A stretch of DNA of 63,479 nucleotides, the filler included, from Octopus bimaculoides (Eukaryota): NCBI RefSeq assembly GCF_001194135.2. It is 8 parts of 6 records of this genome, joined end to end, with 100 filler letters (N's around TTAATTAATTAA, not from the genome) between each part and the next. Parts side by side here need not be neighbours in the genome. Positions count along the whole stretch, not along the records: positions 21,509 to 34,619 come from NC_069007.1; positions 34,720 to 38,487 come from NC_068990.1; 6 more parts are not named here. One strand, given 5' to 3'. The notes beneath the pieces were generated by a model that was not told where the DNA came from, did not search any database, and was given only the letters and a program-made list of their open reading frames with translations. Both the position numbers and the translations under genes were made by a program. Below are positions 25,026-36,674 of the stretch, piece after piece (the first letter of the stretch is position 1; each line of letters begins with the position of its first letter).

Positions 25026-26553
25026 TATATGCCTGTGAGTGAGTACCCTTGTTCTAAACACCAGCTTAATGACAAAGTTATTTTAATAAATTTTTCATTA
25101 TTTTCAAAATTAATCAAATTAAGGGCAGTGTATTTCAGTCAAAATATGGCAATGAAAGAGTAAAAGTGAGTTTCAGTTAAAACCTTCCATCGAAATTCCA
25201 TATTAATTTATGTTCTAAACAGTAACTTAATAATGGTTAATTTAATAAATTTTTCATTATTTTCAAAATTAATTAGAAGTGTATTTCAGTAGAAATGTGG
25301 TAATGAATGGGCTCAATATATTCTACTACTATACTTGCTTTATGTTCAATCATGATGAAAAATTGATTATCATTTCAAGGCTGATTGATTACATATAGAA
25401 AGGAATATGCAAGTAGTAAATATCTCCCCCAAAAAATTTATGCTGATAAAATTACTGAAATTACTAAAAATTTGCAAACATACACGACCCTATGCTTGTA
25501 AGGAGAAGAAGAAGAAAAAAAATGAAATGCTACAAAATAAATTCAATAAAAAAAAAAAAAAAAAAAAAATGACATAAGAGAATTACAGAGAAAGGTAGAA
25601 AAATGAAATTATACATGCTATTTCGTGTGGAGACTTGTGTGTGATAGACAATGACGTATGGAGATAAGAGAGAGATGTAGGCAGGGAACGCAGTCTAAGA
25701 TTTTCGGCTGTGAGGTCAGACTGACACCAAGGAATGAAGAAAAATCATCATTTCAATGTCCTCTTTTCCATGCTTGCATGGGTTGGATAGAATTTGTTGA
25801 GGCAGATTTTCTACAGCAGATACCCTTCTGATTTTTCAACCCTGGCCCGTTTTCAGATAAAGTAATATTTCCCCAGTGCCATAGGAGACTGGAAATGAAC
25901 ATCACTTTTAATGCTTGTTTACAACCATCATGCGATGTGAAGACAAGGGTACACACACACACACACACAGACACACACACATGCATACACACCTACATTA
26001 TATCACTGTATCAACCAGACTATCCCATGTTATAGACCACTAGTTACAGTGCACTTCCTTGCATTGTTGTAGCTTCCAAATGATGCCACACCACTCGTTA
26101 GGTAAGGACGCTAACGACCTCCTGAACAGAAGGCCAATCCATCGCAAGGTTATCTATTTACAGTTGAGTGGACCGGAGCAACATGAAATGAAGTGCTTTG
26201 CTTAAAAACACAAGCACTGCCAGTCTGGGAATAGAAACCACCATCTTGCAATCATGTGTGTAATACCCTAACCACTAGGCCATGCATTTTCACATGCACA
26301 CACACACACACACAACAGGCTTCTTTCAATTTCCATCCACCAAGACCATTCACAAAGTTTGGGTTAGTCAAGGGCTACGGTAGAAGATACTTGCCCAAAG
26401 GGACACAGAAAACAATATTTGAACAACTGTTCCCATTCATAGGTAGTACATCTAATCTACAATCCATTTTAACCCTTTTGATAGCAACCCATCTGACAAG
26501 GAACTGAAAAAGCAGGGATCCAACTGGAGAGAGAAGCAGAAAAAATATCCTAC

Positions 26554-26609
26554 ACGAGAACAATGCAGAAAAATTTGTTGATGGTCGATACTCCGCAGGA
26601 GGTGAAGGG
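26554..26609 (-). CDS. Candidate coding exon (LHLLRSIDHQQIFLHCSR); 3' boundary uncertain
   Basis: Acceptor ttgtattattttgtttcag; frame compatible with the upstream exon 27950-27999; donor weak (GTAGGA). Confidence 0.4.
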
Positions 26610-26974
26610 CTGAAACAAAATAATACAAGTAATCACTATTCTACCTTCCTTCAGTAGTTAATCTTTATTCCTAAATGAAGTCTAACAAGTATTGAGAATG
26701 TAAGAATAGCAAAAATAATCCAGTTTAAAATTGGCATTTTTCCTAACAGACAGACAAATTGCATTTAACTCCATTACAGTTGAGTTTTGATTTTGTTATT
26801 CTGTGTCAATAAGAAATGAAACCAGTCAGCTATGGCACCCCCAACTCCACCACTACAGTGTAGCATTTTAATAGTTCTATGCAAACCATACTCCACTATC
26901 AGAGTCTATAATTTTAACAACAATGCCTTTCCAATGTTACACATATCTATAGATTAGATTAAACTACTTTTCTA

Positions 26975-27200
26975 ACACAAGCACAGGCATGGCTGTGTGG
27001 TTTAAGAAGCTCACTTTGCAACCATGAGGTTTCAGGTTCAGTCCCACTGCACAGCACCTTGGACAAATGTCTTCAATTATAGCCCAGTACCACTCAATAC
27101 CTTGTGAGTGAGTTTGAAAGACAGAAACTGCCTCAAAGTCCATCATACGTGTGTGTGTCCCACACACACCACTTGATGACTGGTGTCTGTTTGTTTAGTT
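26975..27200 (+). mobile_element. SINE family C 5' part
   Basis: ggcatggctgtgtgg...ggttcagtcccactgc head. Confidence 0.7.
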
Positions 27201-27469
27201 CAACCACAGAGACCAATTGAATAATATATGATATGCTTCCACAAAATTTGTCTGCTCAATTCAAACACAAGGCACTGATTGGTTCAGGAATACAGAAGAC
27301 ATCTGTCCAGGGCGCTGTGCATCAGGACTGAAACCAAAGCTCATTGGTAGCAAAAGCCTACAGATTAGATTAAACAACTTTCAAGTCTTTTCTTTCTTTT
27401 TCTTTTTACAAAGTTGCTCATACACCGTCAATCACTGGTTGTATATGAAATTATGTACAAGCATTCTTT

Positions 27470-27656
27470 TATTATTCTTCTATTTGTTTCAGTCACTTGA
27501 CTGCGGCCATGCTGGAGCACTGCCTTTAGTCGAACAAATCAACCCCAGGACTTATTCTTTATAAGCCTAGTACTTATTTGATCGGTCTCTTTTGCCAAAC
27601 CACTAAGTTACAGGGACATAAACACACCAACATCAGTTGTCAAATGATAGAGGGGA

Positions 27657-27689
<33 letters not shown>

Positions 27690-27924
27690 TATATCNNNNN
27701 NNNNNCAAATGATAGAGGGGAACACACACACACACACACACACACATACATATATCATTCACACATGACAGGCTTCTTTCAGTTTCCGTCTACCAAATCC
27801 ACTCACAAGGCTTTGGTAGGCCCGAGACTATACTAGAAGACACTTGCCCAAGGTGCCACACGCTGGGACTGAACCCGGAACCATGTGGTTGGGAAGCAAG
27901 CTTCTTGCCACACAGCCATGCCTG
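27470..27924 (-). mobile_element. SINE family C, near full-length
   Basis: Matches 52615-53061; contains a 10-N gap. Confidence 0.85.
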
Positions 27925-27949
27925 ATATTGTTTTCTACTAATGTCTTAC

Positions 27950-27999
27950 CGTTGTGACAACCAACTGTTTGGTTAGTCTTTAACTTGAATGGTAAGATT
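27950..27999 (-). CDS. Candidate 50-nt coding exon (ILPFKLKTNQTVGCHN)
   Basis: Acceptor tttgtatttccctctcag, donor ACG|GTAAGA, only one frame open; splices in frame to 26609. Confidence 0.45.
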
Positions 28000-29414
28000 C
28001 TGAGAGGGAAATACAAATGTACTGTGAGCTATCATAACATAGTGTAATTCTTTACCCTACTTCTAGCATCATCAAAGGACCACCACCCCACCACAACACT
28101 GGCATTGCACTCTTCAGTGGAGAATACATTACACACACGGGGACACACTCACATGTATTGGTAGATATATGCATAACATACAAAGGTATACACAACTACA
28201 CACATATACTCATACACACACACATACTCATACAGAAAGAGCTGTAGTAGAGCAATTGGTGCTTGAGACATTGTCTCCCCTTATCACACCCTCTCCCAGT
28301 TAAAGACAGAAAGAGAGAGCGAGAGTGTGTGTGTGTGTGTGTGTGTGTCAGTGTAGTGCTAAGCATGGAGGCTGCTGCTGATTATTGTTGCAGTTGAACA
28401 GCAGCGAGATGATAGATAAAAGACTTAGCCGTTGTTGAAACAGTCAGCAGATATAGATTCTTGTTCATTTGTGTGTATGTGTAAGCACACATACACGTGT
28501 GTGTGTGTGTGTGTGTGTGCCTAAGGCAATGTGGTGGTAAACCCCAAAATCTACTGTGTCACAAAAGAACCACAGCAGACTTAGTCACGTAGTGTCACAG
28601 ATTCTAAAGTACATTATAACCAGAAGTAGCTGTGAAGTTGGAGACATAAGTTGTGCCAAGTCCAATGAAATGCAATGTATATTAAAATTTGCTGTTTCAC
28701 AGATATTAATAACACTCTAGTTACCATTTTTCTGTTAAAATCCACAGCATTTTTTTTTTTCAATTCATTTGGAAATACAATTCTTTATTTTTTATTCACT
28801 TCATTAAATGGAAATTTGGAAATATAGTCTTTTATGTTTTACTTGTTTCATCAACTGGACTGTGACGATGTTGGGGGCAGTGCTTTGAAAGGTTTAGTCA
28901 ACCAAACTGACCCCAGTACTTATTCTATCAGTCTCTTTTTGCCGAACCGCTAGATTATGGAGAGGTATACAAATGAACACCAGCTGATGGGAGATAAACA
29001 CAAAGACACACATAGATACATAAATATATATATACATATATATATATCATCATCATCATCATCATTGTTTAACATCCGCTTTCCATGCTAGCATGGGTTG
29101 GACGATTTGACTGAGGACTGGTGGAACCAGATGGCTACACCAGGCTCCAATCTGATTTGGCATACATATGTGTATATANNNNNNNNNNNNNNNNNNNNNN
29201 NNNNNNNNNNNNNNNNNNNNNNNNNNNNNNNNNNNNNNNNNNNNNNNNNNNNNNNNNNNNNNNNNNNNNNNNNNNNNNNNNNNNNNNNNNNNNNNNNNNN
29301 NNNNNNNNNNNNNNNNNNNNNNNNNNNNNNNNNNNNNNNNNNNNNNNNNNNNNNNNNNNNNNNNNNNNNNNNNNNTGTCAACATTTCTGTGCCCAAACCT
29401 ATCCAGCGACTGAT

Positions 29415-29680
29415 CCATCTTAATTTATGTTTCCAAACACCAGCTTAATAATGGTAAAATAATTTTACTAAATTCTTTGCTGACCAATGCCTTGCAAATG
29501 AATTTGTTAGACAGAAACTATGTGGAAGCCCTGTCATATATATATATATATATTTATACGACAGGGCTTCCACATAGTTTCTGTCTAACAAATTCATTAG
29601 CAAGGCATTGGTCAGCAAAGAATTTAGTAAAATTATTTTACCATTATTAAGCTGATGTTTGGAAACATAAATTAAGATGG
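29415..29680. repeat. Local inverted duplication, 121-bp arms, (TA)-rich spacer
   Basis: Arms 29415-29535 and 29560-29680 differ at 2 positions. Confidence 0.95.
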
Positions 29681-30307
29681 AACTATGGGGGAAGTTTTTT
29701 TTTTTTTCAAATTTGGATCACTTTACAGCATGAAATTTACATCATTGACCCAGGAGCAGCTCAACTGGGTTGGTAGCAAAAGGGTTCTTTTACTTGTTTC
29801 AATCGTCTGACAGCAGCAATGCTGGATCACTGCCCTAAAGGGTCTCAGCCAAAAAAATTAACCCCAGGGCTTATCCTTTGTAAGCTGAGTACTTATTCTA
29901 TCAGTCTCTTTTGCCAAACTACTAAGTTACAGGGACATATACACACCAGCATCGGTTGTCAAGTGATGGCAGGGAGACAAACACAGACACATATACATAC
30001 ATACATACATACACATATATATATATGCAGATCGAGGTGAGAGGGATAACTTCCCTTAGCAAACAGGACACAGTCATGTGTCGATAAGCCAGCTGGAGGA
30101 GATGTCCTCCTGGGGCTAAAAGCAACAGTAACATCCACCCCTAGGGGTCAGCCACACTTAAGTGGCAATATACTACACTNNNNNNNNNNCACCCCTAGGG
30201 GTCAGCCACACTTAAGTGGCAATATACTACACTTTATCGTGCAGTTACTGTTAATACTTCATTTAGAGAATTAACATTGCTTATATATATATATATATAC
30301 ATATACA

Positions 30308-30390
30308 TAGTAATCCCTTGACTATCACGGGTGTTACATTCCAAAACCACTCGTGATAAGTGAAAATCCAAAGTAGAAACAGTACTGTAC

Positions 30391-30427
<37 letters not shown>

Positions 30428-30533
30428 TACATATTTATTTTATTATAAATGCAAAACAACACCACGGAGGAATCTACGTAAGCTTAAATAATAAATCGCA
30501 ACAGGTGAACCGTGATATGGCGAAGGATTACTG
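30308..30533. mobile_element. Tigger/pogo-type MITE
   Basis: TIRs (t/c)agtaatcccttgactatcacgg / ccgtgatatggcgaaggattactg followed by TA. Confidence 0.75.
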
Positions 30534-31984
30534 TATACAGACACACACGATGGGTTTCTTTCAGTTTCTGCCTACCAAATCCACTCACAAGGGGGAACAA
30601 ACACAAATGCACAGCTATACACACACACACACAATAGACTTCTGTCTACCAAATTCACGCACGTATTAGTTAGCCTGGGGCTTTGATAGAAGACACTTAG
30701 CCAAGGTGCCACACAGCAGGGCTGAACCTGAAACCATGGGGTTGCAAAGCAAGCTTCTTAACCACAGAGCCATAAGGATAAACTTTTCAGTTCTTAATAA
30801 TTTTATTTCATTTAACATAATTTTTCTTGTTACATTCACTTCATTTTATATTCAAACAATGCTTTTAGTCTTAACATAGAAGTGTCAGAAATTTAATAGA
30901 ATGTACTTATTTTAAAATGGTCACGTAAGTTACAACAGTCAATGTTGCAGGGTGGTAGCTTGTGTTCTGCAATGACCCTGAGAGCTACGCCAGCAGGGCA
31001 CAAGCTCCTGGTTGAGCCTCCCATACTGGACAGGTCAAAGGATAGAGACCAGATTTAATATGGACTACTTTTTTTCCAGGGGTAAAAATAGGTTTGCATA
31101 AGGCTAATCCTGCCTAGAAAAAAAAGCAAAAGTTACACAAGTATTGATGACCAATTCAAAACCAACAACGCCTCAGAGAAGAAGATGGGATACCAAAACA
31201 GAGCAAAAAGAGTAGGGAACCAATAGGAAAGAAGGAAGTCAAGAACAGTAGGGAAAAGTCATATGCCTATGCTCCATAGGGATTGAAGGGCTTAAGCTAA
31301 ACATTTGCTAAGTTGCTTCAGGTGTTCAATCTTCCTTCATAGCATTTTTATAGCTTATTTCTTTCATATCTTTTATAATCTTTTAATAAAAACAGCCTCT
31401 TATAGTTCTGAATGTTTTGTAACTTCTTTAGGATAGCCATGTATCTTCTCTACAGCAAAGCACCTGTTCTTGTCCTCATCCATACTTTATTCGCTCCTCC
31501 CCTGGCACAAAACCACCTCCCTCAATATCACTCTCACTTCTCAGTTGCTTGCAAGACAAGATCCCTCAGATGTAGGCCCGTCTTGCAAATTACTCCATAA
31601 ACTACTAGTGCTGGCACCACATACACAATGCAAGTTCGTTAGCATAAGGAAGGGCATCCAGCTGTGGACCCCTGCCAAAGCAGACATTCGAACTTGGTGC
31701 AGACCTCTAACATGCCCATCTAACCTATGCCAGCATCTGTTAACCCATCTAATCTATGCCAACATGAATAATAGATGTAAAATAGTGAGGACAACAACAT
31801 AGATATATATAGCCTTTAAGCCCAAATCCCACCAGATTAGGGTACAAGTAATCTGGTGGTTCATAATGGCATGTATGTTAGAGAAGTTGGAGCTAGTGGT
31901 ATATTTATCCTTATCACAGTGTTTGGTTAAAAGAAAAAAAAAGTGATAAATGTATCATCTCCACGCACTTTGTAAATGGGGCAA

Positions 31985-32234
31985 ATGGTAGATTCATTGA
32001 CACCAACTTCAGACCCCACAGCAGCAAAGATTCTACCAACACGTATTTTCTTGTTCATCTCTACCTTTTCCTGTAGAGAATACATACATCTGCATCGTTT
32101 GTTAACTTCAGGAACCTACATTCATTGGAATGAATGGTAGATTCATTAACACCAAACCCACAGCCCACAGCAACAAAACTTCCACTGTCCCCTATTTTCT
32201 TGATTATCTTGACTTTTTTCCTGTAGAGAATACA
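31985..32234 (-). pseudogene. Two tandem Tigger/CENP-B N-terminal HTH fragments
   Basis: YSLQEKVKIIKKIGDSGSFVAVGCGFGVNESTIHS (one frameshift) and YSLQEKVEMNKKIRVGRIFAAVGSEVGVNESTICPI match the pogo/Tigger pattern LxEKxxII...GxSxxxVxRxFGVNESTI. Confidence 0.7.
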
Positions 32235-33198
32235 CTTGTGTGTGTCATTTTTTTAGAATCAGTTGCCTTTTTATTTTTTTCCGTTCACTGGTGCCATATT
32301 AATGGGTACGAGTAAATGCATATATACAGCCTCAAAGCACAGTCATGTAAACACAAGCAATAATCAAAGCCTTCTAGGTAGCTGAGCAGTGTGGATGGCC
32401 AATGGTACAAGCAGCCCATGTTATCACAGACCAATCCATGATAACTATAACATGGTTCACAATTAAGCATAATACGTTATCCAAGAACTATGATAACTGA
32501 ATCAATGATTAACTAGGCTATATATATATAATAAACAGGAGCTGGAATCAGTGGTATGATAAATCGAAGAGTTAGAGTCAAATATAGAGTCACTACTGCC
32601 ACTACAATAAGTGGACTTTTAACAACCGAGTCAAATGCCAGCATCACAGATACAAAGTAATCGACTCCTTCCATCCAGTGTATCAGTTATCTTAATAATT
32701 TGGTCATCTACACTCACAATCAATATTGAAATGTGTACTGGAACTGTTAAATACTAGTGTATTAAAAACAGTGTAATAGTAGCATAATAGTAGTTGCAGT
32801 AATGTACTATAAGCAGTGTGATGATAGTGCACTAGTGTATTGTAAATATAAATAGCTCAGTGTTGTGTAGTATCTGGAATGATTCCAATAAGTTTACGCT
32901 TCAAAAAGATCTTTGTTTCTGGCTGAAGGACACAATTCATTTTAATGCTATTTACTGCTTTTTTTTAAAATCTTTTTTCTCAGGAAAGAAGGTAGTTCTC
33001 ATAAATCTTTACAGGGTCTGCAAGACTGAAAGTAGGGCGGAAGATATTCTCCAAGTATAAAGCTGGCCCAAATGCTTGCTGAGGTACCAAAAATGCCAAA
33101 GTAGGGTGTTAACCCTTTTTATACCAATCTACTGCTAAGGGTACTCCTGGATCTATGATACAAACACTTTATTTTAAAGTGAATCTTACTTAACATGA

Positions 33199-33814
33199 GT
33201 GGAGGCGCAATGGCCCAGTGGTTAGGGCAGCGGACTCGCGGTCATAGGATCGCGGTTTTGATTCCCAGACCAGGCATTGTGAGTGTTTATTGAGCGAAAA
33301 CACCTAAAGCTCCACGAGGCTCCGGCAGGGGATGGTGGCGAACCCTGCTGTATTCTTCCACCACAACTTTCTCTCACTCTTACTTCCTGTTTCTGTTGTG
33401 CCTGTAATTCAAAGGGTCAGCCTTGTCACACAATGTGTCACGCTGAATATCCCCGAGAACTACGTTAAGGGTACACNNNNNNNNNNGGTTTTGATTCCCA
33501 GACCAGGCGTTGTGAGTGTTTATTGAGCGAAAACACCTAAAGCTCCACGAGGCTCCGGCAGGGGATGGTGGCGAACCCTGCTGTATTCTTCCACCACAAC
33601 TTTCTCTCACTCTTACTTCCTGTTTCTGTTGTGCCTGTAATTCAAAGGGTCAGCCTTGTCACACAATGTGTCACGCTGAATATCCCTGAGAACTATGTTA
33701 AGGGTACACATGTCTGTGGAGTGCTCAGCCACTTGCACGTTAATTTCACGAGCATGCTGTTCCGTTGATTGGATCAACTGGAACCCTCGACGTCGTAAGC
33801 GACGGAGTGCCAAC
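33199..33814 (+). mobile_element. SINE family A, represented twice across a 10-N gap
   Basis: 33199-33476 and 33487-33814 overlap in sequence with about 3 SNPs; probably one locus. Confidence 0.9.
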
Positions 33815-34719
33815 ATGTACTAATAATGAAAGTACAGGTAGTAGTTTATAGCAACAGTAGTAGCAACAAGCCATAGTCGAAGTAAAAGTAGTATTAACAG
33901 TAGCACATGAAGTCGTGGTGGTGGTAGTAGGAGCAACACTAGTGCTGATTTCTAAGGTACAAAGCAATTAGCCCCAAAATTTGACTTCCGGTTTATTTTA
34001 TCAGCTCCACCCCTCAATCATTTGGAAGGCAAAAGTTTATTACTACAGTGGGATTTGAACTCAAAACACTAAGCAAGCATGAGTGAATACCATTTTACAA
34101 CAACAATTCTGTGTAGTATGGGCACGAGGTTTGAAACTGCAGAGGAGGCACAGTCAATTACATAGACATTTTTAGTTTGCATTTGCCAAATCTACTCACA
34201 AGAGTTTGGTTTTGCCAGTGCTACAGTGGAAGACACTTGCCCAAGGTGCTACACAATGGAACAGAACCCAGAACCATGTGGTGGTTGAGAAACAAACTTA
34301 TCACACAGTCAAGTGTGCACCCCGCCAAAAAAAGGGGGGGCGACCACCCACTACACACTTTTTCAGTAACGTTGTTTAAGATTTTGTTTTTTTTTTTAAT
34401 TTATCTTTTAAAAAATTACGCATATTTTTGAAGTACCATATAACATCAGGTATTTAAAACATAAATCTGAAAAGCAAAATTGTTCCTCAAGAACGTCAAA
34501 ACTGAAAAATTTACATGACGGTGGGGAAGAGCAGAATTATAATCTACAATGCTTAAACCTACACATCCGAAGAAATGGTTTTTGATGCAATAGAGAATTT
34601 CCGACGCTATTCTACAGGGNNNNNNNNNNNNNNNNNNNNNNNNNNNNNNNNNNNNNNNNNNNNTTAATTAATTAANNNNNNNNNNNNNNNNNNNNNNNNN
34701 NNNNNNNNNNNNNNNNNNN

Positions 34720-34773
<54 letters not shown>

Positions 34774-35040
34774 TGTGTATGTGTGTATGTGTGTTTGTGT
34801 GCCTGTGGTTTTGGATTCTGTCCTAGATCGACTACGTGTTGTATTTGAAAGAAACCCAAGTGTATTCCAATTACGCGATTTTCTTACAATCTGTTTCAAG
34901 GCGAGATATCTATGCATTCATTCGTTTATTTCGGTATTTGGGCAAAGTGAAGGGGTTTTGTAAAAGAGCACGACCAGTTTAACTAACGATGCTCTGGAGC
35001 TTTACTCTAAAAAGTATCTCTTGTTTTTATTTTCAACCAG

Positions 35041-35106
35041 GCTGCATCCATTTCTTGAACGAATTTGTAAAGAGTTTTGCTACAACCTCTATTTGAGATG
35101 GACTAG
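35041..35106 (+). other. Candidate 5' UTR exon of a plus-strand gene
   Basis: Acceptor ttgtttttattttcaaccag, donor TAG|GTAAAA. Confidence 0.4.
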
Positions 35107-35304
35107 GTAAAAGCTTCCTTGTTCGCTGGATTGTAATTTGTTACAAATAAACAATGGGCAAAAACATTTTGTTATATGTCTTGTCATTGTTCACTCCCCT
35201 TTGATCCTCAGCAGATAGAGTGACTGAGGCAATCTACTGCTTTGTTGGTCGTTACAACCAGCTGACTTTTGGGTGTCTTCAAAGGATTCAACGCTGATCC
35301 AAAC

Positions 35305-35321
35305 ATGTCCGTCCATTATAC
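35305..35321 (+). CDS. Candidate first coding segment (MSVHY-T), exon about 35212/35215-35321
   Basis: NAGNAG acceptor, AAACATG start context, donor TAC|GTATGT; downstream exons not identified. Confidence 0.35.
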
Positions 35322-35547
35322 GTATGTGTCTATGTGTGTATCCTGTGTTTGTGTGTAGAGACCACTGCTTCTCAATCATCATTTTTTTTTTAGTCTGTGG
35401 GCCCCTTTAATTTCCATTTTCATCTACTTGACCCCAAAAGCCATTTGATGTTTAAAACAATTACATTATATTTATATAATTAAATTTTATTAGGAATTGT
35501 CTTTAAAAAATTGATAAAATATTTTGTGTATTGTAACAGTAAAAAAA

Positions 35548-35799
35548 TAAATGCGCCCTTTTAAAGCCTAGCCAGGCTCGTGGGCCCGGTTTCCCGGTTT
35601 CAATGGCGTATGTGTTCCCCAGCTGGACGGGACGCCAGTCCATTGCACCTTTACTCATTTTTGCCAGCTGAGTGGACTGGAGCAACTTGAAATGAAGTGT
35701 TTTGCTCAAGAACACAACGCGTCACCCGGCCCAGGAACCGAAACCACAATCTTATGATTATGATGCTGACACCCTAACCACTAAGCCACGCGCCTCCAC
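35548..35799 (-). mobile_element. tRNA-derived SINE sharing the family A head but with a different body
   Basis: Head GTGGAGGCGCGTGGCTTAGTGGTTAGGG; central gttgtgttcttgagcaaaacac domain. Confidence 0.85.
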
Positions 35800-36363
35800 G
35801 TTGTAATAGTATAACCGATTTATTGCACATGATTTTCAAGAAATACATGTTATATGGTGCTGCACAGATCGTAGTGATCCCAGTTGAGAACCAAGCGTAT
35901 AGACGAATGGTTAAAAAGTTTGGTTCGCAATTATGAACTAAAGGGTCCGATTCCATTCTGTGGCATACTGGTCAAATGTTATTTTCAGAAGCTTCTCTTG
36001 GACCTAGCATTGTGCATCAAACTAGGCAGAGGAAGACTGCATGGAAAGCTGCTTGAGGCGTTGTATCTGAATTTAAATGTACAGCCTTAACATGGATTAT
36101 CACACTGATTCCAACTGAGAATTACATTAAGGACGCACGCATCTGCGGGATACTCAACCACAATCCAGGTAATTCAATGAGTCTAGCAATTTAGTTGATC
36201 TAACAACTGAACAAGAATGGTTGGATATTTTGAGCGAGATCCATCTATTATAAATATATTGGTTGTGATTTCAATTCTTAAACCAGGAGACCCTTCATTT
36301 CACGACTCTTCATTTCACGTAGTTCCAGTCTCTCTCTCACTCTCTCCTAATCTCTCTCGCTCC

Positions 36364-36414
<51 letters not shown>

Positions 36415-36643
36415 TGTCACATCCTTCATACTCCGATGGATCAATGCTAGTGGGGGTTATGAGCGTAACTATGTCTGCTCGCGAATTCATAAACACACGT
36501 AATACGTCAATCAAAATCGGGATATCCTACGTCATACCTGCGATTGTCAGCTGATTGTCAGATGGATTTAAGCATGCATATGTATATATGTATGTATTAT
36601 GTATGTATATATGTGTGTCTATCTATCTATCTATATATATATA

Positions 36644-36674
<31 letters not shown>

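Noticed and set aside
33199-33275. tRNA genes at SINE heads
   Set aside because: A/B boxes are present but each continues into a ~300-bp SINE body and lacks a proper acceptor stem and terminator.
27640-33814. Direct duplications at 27640-27760, 30135-30225 and 33250-33710
   Set aside because: Each straddles a 10-N gap and repeats the flanking sequence, typical of unmerged overlapping contigs or haplotypes, not real tandem duplications.
35041-35321. Selenoprotein reading through two in-frame TGA codons across the spliced exons
   Set aside because: No recognisable selenoprotein motif (e.g. CxxU) or SECIS; a 5' UTR followed by ATG at 35305 is more parsimonious.
35305-35321. Assigning bestrophin from the MSVHYT start (compare MTVTYT)
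   Set aside because: Six residues are insufficient, and no downstream exon with the bestrophin RGSIYK or RFP motifs was found.
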